Shown here: piece by piece, positions 1-14,663 of the stretch
Layout of the letters: every line of letters starts with the position of its first letter
How positions within the stretch are numbered: position 1 is the first letter of the stretch
Source: Octopus vulgaris
Lineage: Eukaryota
Reading direction: 5' to 3'
Length of the DNA: 64,000 nt
Assembly: GCA_951406725.2 (NCBI GenBank)
Contig: OX597828.1
Location: forward strand, 39,680,001 to 39,744,000
Notes under the pieces: generated by a model
What the model saw: the letters and a program-made list of their open reading frames with translations, nothing else
What the model was told of the DNA's origin: nothing
The model's database searches: none
Program-made: the position numbers and the translations under genes

Positions 1-830
1 GGCGATGGAAGGACGAGCTCCCGATGCTGAAAAACAGAGTGAGCTGCTACCAGCATACTCTGAAAGGTCACGCCAGGGTGAGTTTGAAGACGAGGTGGAG
101 AGGTGGATCGAGGAAGTGGTCCTTGTCCTTTAGGAGGAGGAGGAGGTAGTGGGCGGAGTGCTACCCCTAATGGCGGTGGTGCAGCCGACGATGGGGAAAG
201 TCAGACCGGTGCTGGACTTCAGGGAGCTAAACGAGCATATATCGTGCCACACGGGAGGTGAGGCGTCGGACGTTTGTGGCGAGACGTTACGTGCGTGGAG
301 ACAGTCGACCAAGGCAGCGACGATTGTCGACTTGAAATCGGCATACTTGCAGCTCCATGTGAGCAACAAATTGTGGTGATATCAGCTGGTGCGGTACAAG
401 GGCCGGACGTACTGTTTAACCAGGCTGGGTTTCGGACTGAATTCTGCTCCGAAGAACATGGCACAGTACTTAAGTCCGTCCCAGGGAAAGAGGACAAGAT
501 TAGAAAGGCTACCAGTTCCTACATAGACGACATTTTGGTGGACGAAACAGTAGTGCCAGCCACGAGGTAGTGTGACATCTGGAGAAGTTCGGACTGATTG
601 CGAAGCCACCGGAGTCGATGGAAGGGGGAGTTGTTCTCGGTGTGTGGGAAGTTGGTCGGTCACTACCCGATCGCTGGATGGCTGCGCACGGCGTGCAGTT
701 ACATCAAGAGACGAGCGGAGGGGGAGAGTTGGGGCGACAAGGTGGGAGAAGGGACGGTGGCGATGATGCAGGAAATCCTAGAGAGGACGAGAGCGGAAGA
801 CCCGGTCAGGGGGAACTGGTATGTGCCCAA
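1..830 (+). mobile_element. Ty3/Gypsy-type LTR retrotransposon reverse transcriptase fragment, degraded
   Basis: Translations give VRPVLDFRELN, DLKSAYLQL, YCLTRLGFGLNSAP and SYIDDILV (YxDD), with stops and frameshifts. GC-rich relative to the window; truncated by a SINE at ~830. Confidence 0.85.
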
Positions 831-864
831 GACGGAACTCAGAACGTAATGGCAGACGAAATAC

Positions 865-1095
865 CTATTTCTTTACTATTCTCAAGGGGCTAAACACAGA
901 AGGCACAAACAAGGACAGACAAACGGATTAAGTCGATTACATCGACCTCAGTGCGTAACTGGTACTTATTTAATCGACCCCGAAAGGGTGAAAGGCAAAG
1001 TCGACCTCGGCGGAATTTGAAACCAGAACGTAACGGCAGACGAAATACGGCAACGCATTTTGCCCGGCGTGCTAACGATTCTGCCAGCTCGCTGC
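865..1095 (-). mobile_element. tRNA-derived SINE family A (Nin-domain-like)
   Basis: Reverse strand has A/B-box-like head (ggcgagctggcagaatcg...ttcaaattcc) and gcctttcaccctttcggggtcgattaaataagtaccag. Related copies at ~3445-3870, 8125-8250, 13575-13780, 27715-27910, 33730-33915, 34238-34465, 37060-37290, 45930-46100, 48750-48940, 60200-60960. Confidence 0.8.
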
Positions 1096-1671
1096 CTTCA
1101 CTCCGCCTTTTTTTCATTATAACAACACCAAACAATTCAGTAGTTTGTAATTGTTCCGTTATTTTCTTATTTATATTTGCATTTTTTCAAAGGAATAGCA
1201 CCTATATATACATTTCGCTCTTCTCCGCTATCTTAATACTTTACAAATAAATATTTCACTTTAAAAATTTATAGTTTAGTCTCTTTCTTCGGTTTAGAGC
1301 CTCCTATGTCCAGCTGCTTCTTTTCCATCTTCATTCTTTTCTGTTCCCGCTATTTCCCTTCCTTTCTTTCCTTTGTACAGTCATCGATGATTCATTGGAT
1401 TCATTTCAGATATTTACTGATCAAGTTTTTTCTTTTCATGTCACACAAGTGAGGCTTCGTCCAACAGTTACGGATTCCCGCCCCCAACCCACCCCTCTGT
1501 GACTTATATGTCTCAACAACTTTAGTTGTTGTGGATCGTTATAACAACATAATTTAGTTTTTCCTCACGAGGAAAAGCTTCCGTAAAATGCTCTTCTATT
1601 TCAGGTAACCAGGGCATGAACTCTAATGAACAAAAGGAATGAAAGAGACTAACGGGAGAGAAAAACAAAAC

Positions 1672-1675
<4 letters not shown>

Positions 1676-1731
<56 letters not shown>
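1676..1731. repeat. (GA)n microsatellite
   Basis: Direct reading. Confidence 0.95.
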
Positions 1732-1734
<3 letters not shown>

Positions 1735-2124
1735 GAAATAGAAAGAGACAGAGAAAGAAAACAATAAAGCATTGTATTCAGTTATCACCGACACATTTTT
1801 TTCTATTTGGAAAATTCTTTTAGCTCTAATCATTTACCTGTATGATGCATTTAAGAAGGTAAGGATGTGTTTTTGACTTTTTCATTTTTGCTACCTGCTG
1901 TTAACCAAAAAAAAAAAGAAGGAAAACCAACGCAAAAGAACACGTTTTGCTGCGATCATTGTAGGCTTCCTGAAATATTTAGTTTGTTCTTATATACCAA
2001 ATTACTGAGCAATGTATATATATATATATAAATATAAAATTTAGAGACAAAACCTCTACTTAGAATTTTAGAATAATATTTATAAAATATTTGGCATTCT
2101 TAAACAGAGGTTTTGCCTCTAAAT

Positions 2125-2189
<65 letters not shown>

Positions 2190-2284
2190 ATATATATATA
2201 TATATAATATATATTGTGTATGTTGATTTAGTATTGCTAAATTGAATTTTTCCCTGTTGGCTTGGAATTTTATATTCCATAACT

Positions 2285-2676
<392 letters not shown>

Positions 2677-3135
2677 GTTGAAAACGTATATGTGACTCAA
2701 GGGTTTATAGTTTCGTTTCTCAGATCTCTTTATTAAGTTACGAAAACGGAAGAACCCATTTAATAGATGTAGTTCTGGATACATTCTTGCGAAAAAGAAA
2801 AGAAGACGATATCCATGGATGGAATGTTTTGATCATGTGTCGTCTGTCTGCTCGACCAGGACTGACCTGGGGCAAGATAACACAAACACTTGCCCAAAAT
2901 TTCAAATGATTTCACATCGTGGTCTGGTTGTTGTTGGTTTTTAACCCCTTCATCCCCTTTCAGTTCTCAGTCTCTTATGTCCTCGTAGTGTCCCCCTCTG
3001 TATTTAAGGCTTTATGCCGATAATAAAGAAACGAGTCTCTTAGTCAGCATGTGTGAGTGGGGGATGCATCCTCCATAACAAAGTACGGCTTTGACGTACT
3101 CCCTGATTCCTAAAACTTATTTCCATCTCTATCAG

Positions 3136-3301
3136 TAACAGTTTCGGAGCAGATGATGATACTGATGCAACATGTCCTAATTGCTATACTGCACCTTGTA
3201 CGGCAAACTGCTGCCCAGCAGAGTGTGCATATTGCTCTCGCAATAACCCGAGGTACAACTTTTGCAGAGATATAGCTTGCCTTGGTGCTAAATCTCATTA
3301 G
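3136..3301 (+). other. Candidate Cys-rich coding exon
   Basis: After acceptor ttccatctctatcag it reads NSFGADDDTDATCPNCYTAPCTANCCPAECAYCSRNNPRYNFCRDIACLGAKSH*. Possible internal donor AG|gtacaa at 3252/3253. Confidence 0.35.
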
Positions 3302-4798
3302 TTTTTTTTAACGTTCAGCCCCAATCTCTTTCTCCAGTTTTTAAAAAATATATAATCTAGCGTCTAACTCTCAATTTAATTCCATCCTTTATAAATTGGC
3401 TCTTATTTGGCATTTGTTTTCCATCCACGCAAGTCATAACAGATTCAAATTTCGGCACATGGTCGGCAGTTTTAGTGGGAAGAGGTTAGTCGATTACATG
3501 AACTCAGTTATTGACAGGTACTTTATTTTATCGACCCCGAAAGAACGAAAGGCGGGATTTGAACTCAGAATGTAAAGAACCAGATGAAATTCTGACTAAG
3601 CATTTGTCCGATGCATAAGCTAGTCTCCTTGCTCGCCTGCCCTTTCTTTACAACTATAATCCGTCCAACAATAAGCACGTAACGCAAAATTATGTGGGTG
3701 GGGGCTATCGATTACATCGATCCGCTATTTGACTACTACTTATTTTATCGACCCCCAAAAGATGAAAGGTAAAGTCGAATTTGGTGAATTTGAAATCAGA
3801 GCACACAGATAGATGAAATACCCCCAAGAATTTTGCCCAGCGTGCTCCCAAGAATTCTGTCAGCTCGTTGCCTCATTCTTCACAAATCATAATTTTAGAA
3901 AATTTATTTGAGCGTGGTGTTACGTGTTTCAACGTATTCAGTTTCTGTATTAAGTTCAAATTGGCCTCTTGCTTTCTCAACACAAGAGGCCAATTTCTGT
4001 TTAAACGGACCAGTTTCACTTTGTCAAACTGCAACTGGCAGACAATTTTTCTTTCTGCAGAGCAATTTCATATATATATATGTATGTATGAGCACCTGGT
4101 AGTTTTCCTCAAAATTTTACCTGGGCCTATGTACATACACATGCCCAACTGCATGGTCAGCATTTAATGACAGAGACCCTACTATGCTTAAGATGGATAA
4201 AAGGGGTATGATTTGAGAGAGATTTGGTTGCTACTTCTAGTAGGTTGAGTGAGCATGCAGAGAAGCTCTCTCATTAGCTCAATCAAGAATCTGAAGGGCT
4301 CTTCATCATCATCATCATCATCATTGTTTAATGTCTATTTTCCATTCTGGCATGATGGTTTGACAGAAGCTGTCAAGGCCAAAAGCTGCACCAAGTTCCG
4401 TTGTCTATTTAAGCTAAGTTTCTATGGCTGGATGCTCTTCCTGACACCAACCACTTTACAGAGTGTATTGGGTTCTTTTTATGTGGAACCATTACCAGTG
4501 CCTCTTATGTGGTACCAGCACCAATGCCCTTCTCGGGTAAGCATTACCAAAGTGGTTAAATGATCTCAGTTCTGTTGTGGTGGGCTGGTTCTCTTGAGTA
4601 CATCAATGTGCCATATATCTTGGCCCTTTGTCATCTCCTTTGTAAGGTTCAGCATTTTGAAGTTGGTGTCTTGAACATAAAGATTCTTACATGGACTCAT
4701 GTGGTACAGATAAAATAAGATCCATAGGATAAAACCAGAGCTGGATCCTGGGTAGGTTAGTATTGAAGAAAAGCTTAGACTGATGATGGTGTTAGTCA

Positions 4799-4866
<68 letters not shown>

Positions 4867-5329
4867 CACCACCACCACCACCATCACCACCACCACTAGT
4901 ACTGTAACAAAAGCATAAACACCTAACAGTTGATCTGTCTGTGTGATTGACATACGGTGTTTTAGTTGTGTGATTGTGAAATCACATTTTTATGCCATTT
5001 TTTACAGATATCAATGTATGTATACACACACACACGTGCGCGCGCGAAAACAGCATATGGTAGGGTATTGATTTCTTTTTTTTTTATAATATTCATACCT
5101 TTTGTTTCCTTTCTTCTCTTCTGCTTTTCCTTTTCTCATTTTTATTTTTAAAGTTTGGTTCTTTAGTAGAGTTAGATTGTATAGAAACACTGGTCCCGAG
5201 CTACGGCTATGAGCTCTTCACTCCTCTTCTCCTGCAGTCTGTGGTCAATCACAGGTGGGTACTTCTATCGTAACTATCAAGTTTGTCAATTTGCTTTAGA
5301 TATTATTGAATTGATACACATGCAACACT

Positions 5330-6030
<701 letters not shown>

Positions 6031-6315
6031 TATATATATATATATATATATGAAGAAAATTAAGAAAAGAGATATAGCATTAATATAATTGCTTAACTGC
6101 AAAATAAACAGCTGTAAGAGAATATGTTGGATTTTTGCAGTTAATAAATTGTATTAATGCTACATCTCTATTTTCTTAATTTTCTTTTGAATGTTTATAA
6201 ACCAAGATTTATATTTAGAATATTATTATTCGCAAAAAATATTAGGTAATGAACTAGTAATTCATTGGATATTACTATCTCTTAATGATGCTATTTTAAC
6301 CTCCAATTGAATGTG

Positions 6316-6359
<44 letters not shown>

Positions 6360-6632
6360 CAAAGGACATAGTAAGTATGTCTACCTGCTTGAAATAACAG
6401 TCAAAACTCTTATGAAATCGCCAAAAATACACCGATGAAAACTACAGAAATCAAACAAAGGCAAAATCAGGTTAAGACAATCTACTAACATACATTTAAG
6501 TATCTGGACTCACGTGGACCAGTTTCTGCACTGGCAAAATAAGCCTTAGCTTTTTCAGCACGTGTTACCATAATTAGAGATTCTTATGGATAATAATAGA
6601 ATTAATGACACCTTTTCAAATTAATATGTATG

Positions 6633-6685
<53 letters not shown>

Positions 6686-6779
6686 GAGATAAAACTCCAA
6701 GGCTGTGAAAGATTTCAGAACATTTATAGATAGAAGGTCTTACAGCTGTTTCCGGGATATTTATCAAGTTATCTTCTTG

Positions 6780-7008
6780 AGCCATAAGGGCTGGTTTCCC
6801 CCCCGGTTTCCATGGCATGTATACTCCCCACCTGGATGGAATGCCAGACCATCGCAGGATTATTCATTTTTGCCAGCTGAGTGGACTGGAGCAATGTGAA
6901 ATGAAGTGTTTTGCTCAAGAACACAATGCATTGCCCAGTCCAGGAATTGAAACTACAATCTTAGGATCACGAGTCCAATACCCTAAACACTAAGCCATGC
7001 ACCTCCAC
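6780..7008 (-). mobile_element. tRNA-derived SINE family D (Meta-domain-like)
   Basis: Head ggtgcatggcttagtg...ttcaattcctgg and core ttgtgttcttgagcaaaacacttcatttcacattgctccagtccactcagctg. Copies at ~11805-12010, 13875-14035, 18540-18685, 21480-21610. Confidence 0.7.
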
Positions 7009-9589
7009 ACAGAGGGGATAAATGGCTATCACACATTAAATGGGAGTGGGTGAGAGTAGTTGGGAAAGAGGCAAAGATGGTATTGATAGCCTGCCAGAGT
7101 AAATGCTCAAGGTACAGGAAGGTGAACATGAGAGAGGATGCAGAAAGTGTGTCAGTAGAAAAGGAGAATGGGTACTTTCATAAGTGTGAAGTGAGGGGAG
7201 GAGAGAGTATTAGATAAAATATGTTTATAAATTTTTTTTTGTACTAAATGATTGAGAAATGTGAGTTCAGGATGTACATAATGATATTTTTGAATGAATA
7301 AGGTATAATTTCAGTTGACAACTGGAAGATAAATCAAGACGTTAGTATGATAAATTAAGCACTTAGGTATGTGTGGAATTATAGAATTCACTAAGGAGTG
7401 TCCTTATAGCTGAATAGTTGATATTAGTTTGACTGAATATGGGTTAGAGTGAGAAAGAGTATCCATGGGTGGTCAATTCATATTTTGTCTCGGCACAATT
7501 CATCAGACGATTCCTGCCATTTCTGCTGCAATCTTGTTTAACCCTTGTCTTCCTTTAGTCATAGTATGTGTGGTGTGACTGTGAAGTAAGAAGTTTGTTG
7601 CCCCAATATGTATTTATAACAGCAATCGGTGGGCATTACTGTTGCCCTCATTATTATCATATTGTATATCATTTCATCTCATTAGGTCCTTGTCCAGCCT
7701 GCAGCTTCCTTTCTTTGTAAGGCCCTTCTGGCCAATTGAATGAATAAAAGAAGCTAACTTATCAACCACATGGTTCTGGGTTCAGTCCCACTGTGTAATA
7801 CTTTGGATGAGTGTCTTCTACTACAGCCTTGGGCTGACCAAAACCTTGAGTAGATTTGGTAGACAGAAACTGAAAGAAACCCATTCATATATATATATTT
7901 TATCTATGTGAGTGTCTTTATGTCTGTGTTTGTCCACCCGCCCCACCAACACCACTTGACAACTGGTGTTGATGTGTTTATGTCCCCCGTAACTTAGCAG
8001 TTCAGCAAAAGTGACTGATAGAGTAAGTACCAGGCTTTAAAAAGAATAATGCTGGGGTTGACTTGTTTGATTAAAACCCTGCCAGGTGGTACCCCAGTCA
8101 AATGACTGAAACAAGTAAAAGAATCTTTTCTACTCTAGGCACAAGGCCTGAAAATTATGGGGAGGGAGCTAGTCGATTAGATCGGCCCCAGTACGCAAGG
8201 GGTACTTAATTTATCGACCCCGAAAGGATGAAAGGCAATGTCGACCTAAGAATAAAAGAATAAAACATGCAGGGGGTAACTGGGTCAAAACAGATTTCCT
8301 GATGAGCAGAAATGTCGATTTTGTTTGGAATGTTAACCCCTTTGCATTTAAACAAGCCATATCTGGCTTATGATCTATGTGCAAACTATTAAGTTTGTAC
8401 ATTCCCAGGCAACATTATACTATGTTTCTATGGCTGTTTGATATCAACAAAAATAGTGATCCTGTCTATAGGTGTCAAAATCATGTTGATATCTATTAGG
8501 CAGCTGAAGAGGGGATTTCTAATTTTGTTAACTTTAGTCAGTTATGTTTCTAAGGTTGATTTTATACTATATATTTCTAGATATGGTTGTTTATGTATGC
8601 CAAGTGACTCTGTAGAGGCTCCTTTCTCAACTCCTTAGTTTCATTGCTGCCACTGTTGCTTAATATTCAGGTCATTTCTGATAGAGCAGACCAATAAGTA
8701 AAGGTTCCCCTGCTATGATCATCCCATCTCTGAATATTTATGACACATTGAATAATGTGTCCTAAACATACATTATTCAGTGTGTCCTTTCTTTTTTAAT
8801 ACTATAGGGTGATTTTAGGGAGATTTAGTTGCTGTTTTCAGCAGATCTGTCAATTACACAAAGATTCTATTGTTGGCTTCTTGTTGCTTTCTTTCTCATT
8901 CTTGAACCCCAGATTAGCTTTTATTAAGCAGATCTATGACCAAAGGCATTTCAGATATGACCATCCCATATTTTTTCATTTATCAAAAGATTATGTTCTC
9001 CAATGTCTCTTTCCAATTTTCTTTGTTTCTACAGACAGTCAGAGTGTGAACTTGAAGCTATTTTACTGGTATTTCTAGCAGATTCAATGACCACATAGTC
9101 ATCTATTGAATTCTTGATATCATTGTTTATGCCTTACTATAATTTCAATGGGGCTGATTCAGCCAGTTATGATTTCAAATGCAGTATAATATAATACACA
9201 AAAGCTAAATCGATCGATTCTATGTATTTCTCTTTTATTACCCCAGTACGTGAGATAAACATGAATGTCATGAACAGACTTCGTTTATTTAACATGTTTG
9301 ACACTGAAAATAAATAAGAATCAACACAGAAAATAATAGCACATAACTGAGAAAAAACAAAATTGTTATTAAAAAGATATAAAGAATTGGTACAATAGAT
9401 AAGAAGGTAAACTTTCCCACTTGTACAACGATGACATATTAAAGAGCCTATATAACAATGGTAGATATTATATGTATGCGTGTATACATCCACATATGCA
9501 TACATAACACATGCTTGGTCCTTGGTGAAGATATTGGGGTGTAAGTTCAAATCATTTGAGCACCATTAAGTGTTTTCTATTCTTCTCTC

Positions 9590-9800
9590 TTTTACTCTTT
9601 TACTTGTTTCAGTCATTTGACTGCGGCCATGCTGGAGCACCACCTTTAGTCGAGCAAATCGACCCCCAGGACTTATTCTTTGTAAGCCTAGTACTTATTC
9701 TAGCGGTCTCTCTAGCTGAACCGCTAAGTGACGGGGGGGGGGAGTGTAAACACACCAGCATCGGTTGTCTAGCGATGTTGAGGGACAAAAAGATACACAA

Positions 9801-9841
<41 letters not shown>

Positions 9842-9995
9842 CGACAGGCTTCTTTCAGTTTCTGTCTACCAAATCCACTCACAAGGCTTTGGTTGGCCCA
9901 AGGCTATAGTAGAAGACACTTGCCCAAGGTGCCACGTAGTGGGACTGAACCCGGAACCATGTGGTTGGTAAGCAAGCTACTTACCACACAGCCAC
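9590..9995 (-). mobile_element. tRNA-derived SINE family B with internal (AT)/(GT) microsatellite
   Basis: Consensus gctgtgtggtaagtagcttgc...ggttcagtcccac...ccttgggcaagtgtcttc...cagtcaaatgactgaaacaagtaaaag. Copies at ~7750-8120(+), 12250-12645(+), 14270-14825(-), 15990-16355(-), 17715-17935(-), 28675-29290(+), 36090-36405(-). Confidence 0.85.
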
Positions 9996-10378
9996 ATTCT
10001 TTCAACCTTATCTCTTGATTCTACACACACACACACACATCTATATACATACATAGATACCATATTCGCTGATGTATAAGATACACTGTTGGATAAGAGA
10101 AACTCCAACATTTTTATGGGGAAAAGAAAAAAATTTTTAATATTTTTCATCATTTACTCATACACTCAGCATCTCACCTGTAATTTATTCTTAGTTTATC
10201 CATTATTGTTGACAATGACCAAGGACATCACATGGGAGGAGATGGGTCATGTTGTGTCCGGCTGTGGCCAATCAGTCCAATGCATGCGCGGAAGCCTCTG
10301 CTGGGACTGAAAGTAAGGAGTTGGCTTTGGACTTGCATAGTTTATGGTTTATTTGTGCCCTTGCAGTCCTGTTCTGTG

Positions 10379-11219
10379 TGTATTAATACATACTTGCATG
10401 CATACATACAGACAGCCAGTTAGGCAGACAGACAGAGATTTGAGATAAATAGACAGACTGATAGCTTGACAGATAAAACTAGACAGAAAGATAGGTAAAT
10501 AGATGAATCTACCATATAAGTCCATACATAAGACAGGGTTTTCTTAAATCTAATAAAAAATAAACTGCCATGCATCTAATGTGACCATAGAGAAAACTGA
10601 TGAAAATCTCCTGGCAAGACAAGGTCCCAGAAGCAGAGGTCCTCCCTCAATCTGATCTGCAAAGTATTAACACACTGCTAAGGAGAACAAAAGTCAGATG
10701 AGCAGGCCATCTGTTGATAGAACTTTGTCAGACAGGGTACTCTTGTGCTTGCATTTCTCGGGTGTCAAGGTTAATCTCAAAGCTTTTCAGTGAGGCTTTG
10801 ACTGTATCCTTGAAGTGCTTTTTCCATCCACCGTATGTGCACTTAAACTAGTTCTCTGTAAAACAGTCTCTTGGGGAGCTGCATTTCAGACATTCAAACA
10901 AGGTGGCCTGCATATCTGACTTGTGTTCTCCTTAGCAGATCAGATTGAGGGAGGACCTCTGCTTCTGGGACCTTGTCTTGCCAGGAGATTTTCATCAGTT
11001 TTCTCTATGGTCACATTAGATGCATGGCAGTTTATTTTTATTAGATTTAAGAAAACCCTGTCTTATGTATGGACTTATATGGTAGATTCATCTATTTACC
11101 TATCTTTCTGTCTAGTTTTATCTGTCAAGCTATCAGCCTGTCTATTCATTTATCTCAAATCTCTGTCTGTCTGCCTAACTGGCTGTCTGTATGTATGCAT
11201 GCAAGTATGTATTAATGCA
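10379..11219. repeat. Long inverted repeat (~320-bp arms) enclosing an RTE 3' fragment
   Basis: 10379-10710 is the near-identical reverse complement of 10903-11219. The spacer on the minus strand reads LPKRLFYREL...KHFKDTVKASLKSF (RTE-like C-terminus). Confidence 0.9.
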
Positions 11220-11469
11220 TTTATGGCTGAATGGATGGATTAACGGAATAATGGATAAATGGATGGATTAACGGAATAATGGATGAATGGATGGATTAAT
11301 GGAATAATGGATGAATGAATGGATGGACGGATGGACGGTTTGCTGGCTGGCTGGCTGGGTGGTTGCATGTATAGATGTGTCAGAAGTGTTTTTACTCTTA
11401 CCAGTAAAGTAGGCCATTCACTTCACTGTTTATTGTAGACAACAGTTTTTTTTATGAGATTTATTATAT

Positions 11470-12384
11470 TTGCCACTTCTGAAGTGAAGTTGGAACATAA
11501 AATGGTCTTTTGTATTTGGTGGAGGAAGAGCTTATTTTATTGTTTACTTATTCACTCAAAGCAGTTTAATTCTGAGATATTTTCCCTGGATGATTTCCTC
11601 ACATCTCTTCCCAGGTACCATAGAAGTTAAAGGTACAACACCCTTAATTTATTGAACTTTCACACACATTTATTTATCCTATTCTTTCTTCAGCTAACTC
11701 TTTACAATATTAAGTACTTCAGTGAGATGTTGATGTTGTTGTTGTTGTTGGTGGTGGTGGTGGGTTTGTCTTTGATTATAGTTCTGCATTATCAGGGCTA
11801 GTTGGGGTGCATGGCTTAGTGGTTAGGGTGTTGGACTCATGATCATAAGACTGTGGTTTCGATTCCTGGAATGGGCAATGCATTTTGTTCTTGAGTAAAC
11901 ACTTCTTTTCATGTTGCCCCAGTCCACTCAGCTGGTAAAAAGGAGTAATCCTGTGATGGACTAGTGTCCCATCCAGGGAGGAATGTATGTGTCAGAGAAA
12001 CCAAGAAACCAGCCCTATGCTCCTTATGAAGTCATGTGGACTAACCATTATCACGCCTGACCCAGGGCTAAACAACAACAACTCATCTGGTTGACTCTAG
12101 GAACACAGCTCCATTTTATGTGCTGATTACAAAACAGTGTTTCAACCCATCCATGGCCATCTCATCTTTTATTCAGACATAATATAGCCCATGTGAGAAA
12201 TCGGCAGAATCATTAGAGGGTTGGAAAGAATGAAGTGAAGAAATATTCATTCCAAGACCAACCACATGGTCCCGGGATCAGTTCCACTGCATGGCACCTT
12301 GGGCGAGTCTCTTCTACTGTAGCTTCGTGCCAAGCAAAGCCTTGTGAGTAGATTTGGTAGGCGGAGACTGAAAGAACCCTGTCA

Positions 12385-12437
<53 letters not shown>

Positions 12438-14035
12438 ATATGTTTGTGTGTCTGTGCTTGTCCCCTCTCCAACATTACTTGACAGCGGATGCTGGTGTGT
12501 TTACATCCCATAACTTAGCAGTTCAGCAAAAGAAACTGATAGAATAAGTATTTGGCTTACAAAGAATTTTGTTCTGGGGTTGATTTGCTCGACTAAAGGT
12601 AGTGCTCCAGCATGGCTGCAGTCAAATGAATGAAACAAGTAAAAGAAATTCTTCCTCTGTGCGTTCAGAGTTCAAATCCTGCTAAGGTCTTCTTTACTTT
12701 CATCCTTTTAGAGTCAATAAATACAAATCAAACGTGGTTGATTGACAGTATTTTTAGGATGAGATTATCTCATTGTAATATCTGTTCCAGCTCTTGTCAT
12801 TCTGAGTTCAAATTCTGCTTAGCTGTCAGTACTTAAACCTTTCTCTCTCTGAGGAGCATAGGCCCTCAATGGCTTTTCTCTTCTGTTCTTGACTGGGATT
12901 TCTTTCATTTCCAAACCTTGTTGTTTTTGAATTGTCATTGATGTTTCTGTGACTTTACATTTATTTGTAGGTAAGGGTGTTGGCCCTACACAAACCTATT
13001 TTTACCTCTAGTGATCCATATTATCTGACTTCTATCTTTGACCTGTCCAATATGGAGAGGCATACCAGGAGCTTGCACTCCACTGGTATAGCTCTTAGAA
13101 CCACTGATGCCAACATGCCACCTTGCCAAAACAAATAATGGACGTTGTGGTGTTTAGATGCCAATGGTTAAGCTTAATCACCTGACTATGAGAACCATCC
13201 ATCCAACATTCCATTGATCAGCATTGACAAGGAGGTCAACAATGAGTACAGATAAACTGCCATCAGCATGTTGACCCTTCATCTACCAGTTTCTTGAAAA
13301 TGGCTGGTTTATTGTATTTAGTTCTTCAGAAGTGAAATTGTAACATAAAATGGTTCTGTGATATGGTGGGTGTGATGGTAGGATAGGGTTGGGGTAGAGG
13401 GAGAGGTTATTTTATTGTTTACTTATACACTCAAAGCAGTTTAATCCCTGGCTGATTTCCTCACATCTCTTCCCAGGTACCATGTACAATATCCTTAACT
13501 TATTGAACTTTCACACAAGTTTATTTATCCTATTCCTTCTTCAGCAAACTCTTTACAATATCAAGTTCTTCAGCAAAGCAGCGAGTTGGTAGAAACATTA
13601 GCATGCCAGGCGAAATGCTTAGCGGTATTTTGTCTGTCTGAGTTCAAATTCCGCTGAGGTCGATTTTGCCTTTCTTCCTTTTGGAGTCTATAAATTAAGT
13701 ACCAGTTGCGTACTGGGGTCGATCTATTCGACTGACCCCCTTCCCCAAAATTTCGAGCTTTGTGCCTAGAGTAGAAAAGAATATTAAGTACTTCATCAAG
13801 ATGTTGTTGTTGTTGGTGGTGGTGATGGTGTTGGGCATGTCTCAGATTATAGTTCTGCATTATCAAGACTAGTTGAGATGCATGGCTTAGTGGTTAGGGT
13901 GTTGGACTCATGATCATTAGATTGTGGTTTCAATTCCTAGACCAGGTGATGCTTTGTGTTTTTGAGCAAAACACTTCACTTCATGTTGCTCCAGTCCACT
14001 CAGCTGGCAAACATGAGTAATTCTGCAATGGACTG
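11470..14035. repeat. Direct segmental duplication (~11470-11960 and ~13325-14035)
   Basis: Shared blocks such as gatttcctcacatctcttcccaggtaccat and gattatagttctgcattatca plus a SINE D head. The second copy carries an extra SINE A. Confidence 0.85.
12830..13135 (-). mobile_element. Probable internally deleted non-autonomous RTE element
   Basis: Minus strand resembles an RTE 5' region (agagctataccagtggagtgcaagctcctggtat...ggacaggtcaaag) joined to an RTE-like 3' end (gagggcctatgctcctcagagagagaaaggtttaag). Recognised from memory of RTE ends. Confidence 0.4.
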
Positions 14036-14507
14036 GCATAGATTCGTGCCATTAGCATGTTGACCCTTCACCTACGAGTTTCTTGAAAGTGGCTGAATGG
14101 AATATAAATTATAAAGACGACATTATCTAGCCCCTTGGGGACTCCATATAAGATTCTGTTTTTAAAATTTACTTGTAATAAATTGCTTATACTTTTGCAA
14201 TAAACAAAATATTTTAACAATTCCTTTATACAATTAAATGATAATGTTTAATTATAAAAATATTCTTTCTTTTATTCTTTTACTCGTTTCAGTCATTTGA
14301 CTGCAGCAATGCTGGAGCACTGCCTTTAGTCGAGCAAATCGACCCCAGGACTTATTCTTTGTCAACCTAGTACTTATTATATTAGTCTCTTTTGCTGAAC
14401 TGCTAAGTTATGGAGGTCGTAAACACACCAGCATTGATTGTCAAGCGATGTCGGGGACACACACATGGACAAACACACACACATATATATATGTATATAT
14501 ATATATA

Positions 14508-14556
<49 letters not shown>

Positions 14557-14623
14557 GTGTGTGTGTATATATATATATATATGTGTGTGTGTGTATATAT
14601 ATGTGTGTGTGTGTATATATATA

Positions 14624-14663
<40 letters not shown>

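Noticed and set aside
6740-6785. Partial hammerhead half (GAAACAGCTGTA, minus); also a lone CTGATGA at ~50775
   Set aside because: Other half interrupted by a SINE or missing; stems not supported.
11805-11880. tRNA-like sequences
   Set aside because: SINE heads continuing into SINE bodies; no complete cloverleaf.
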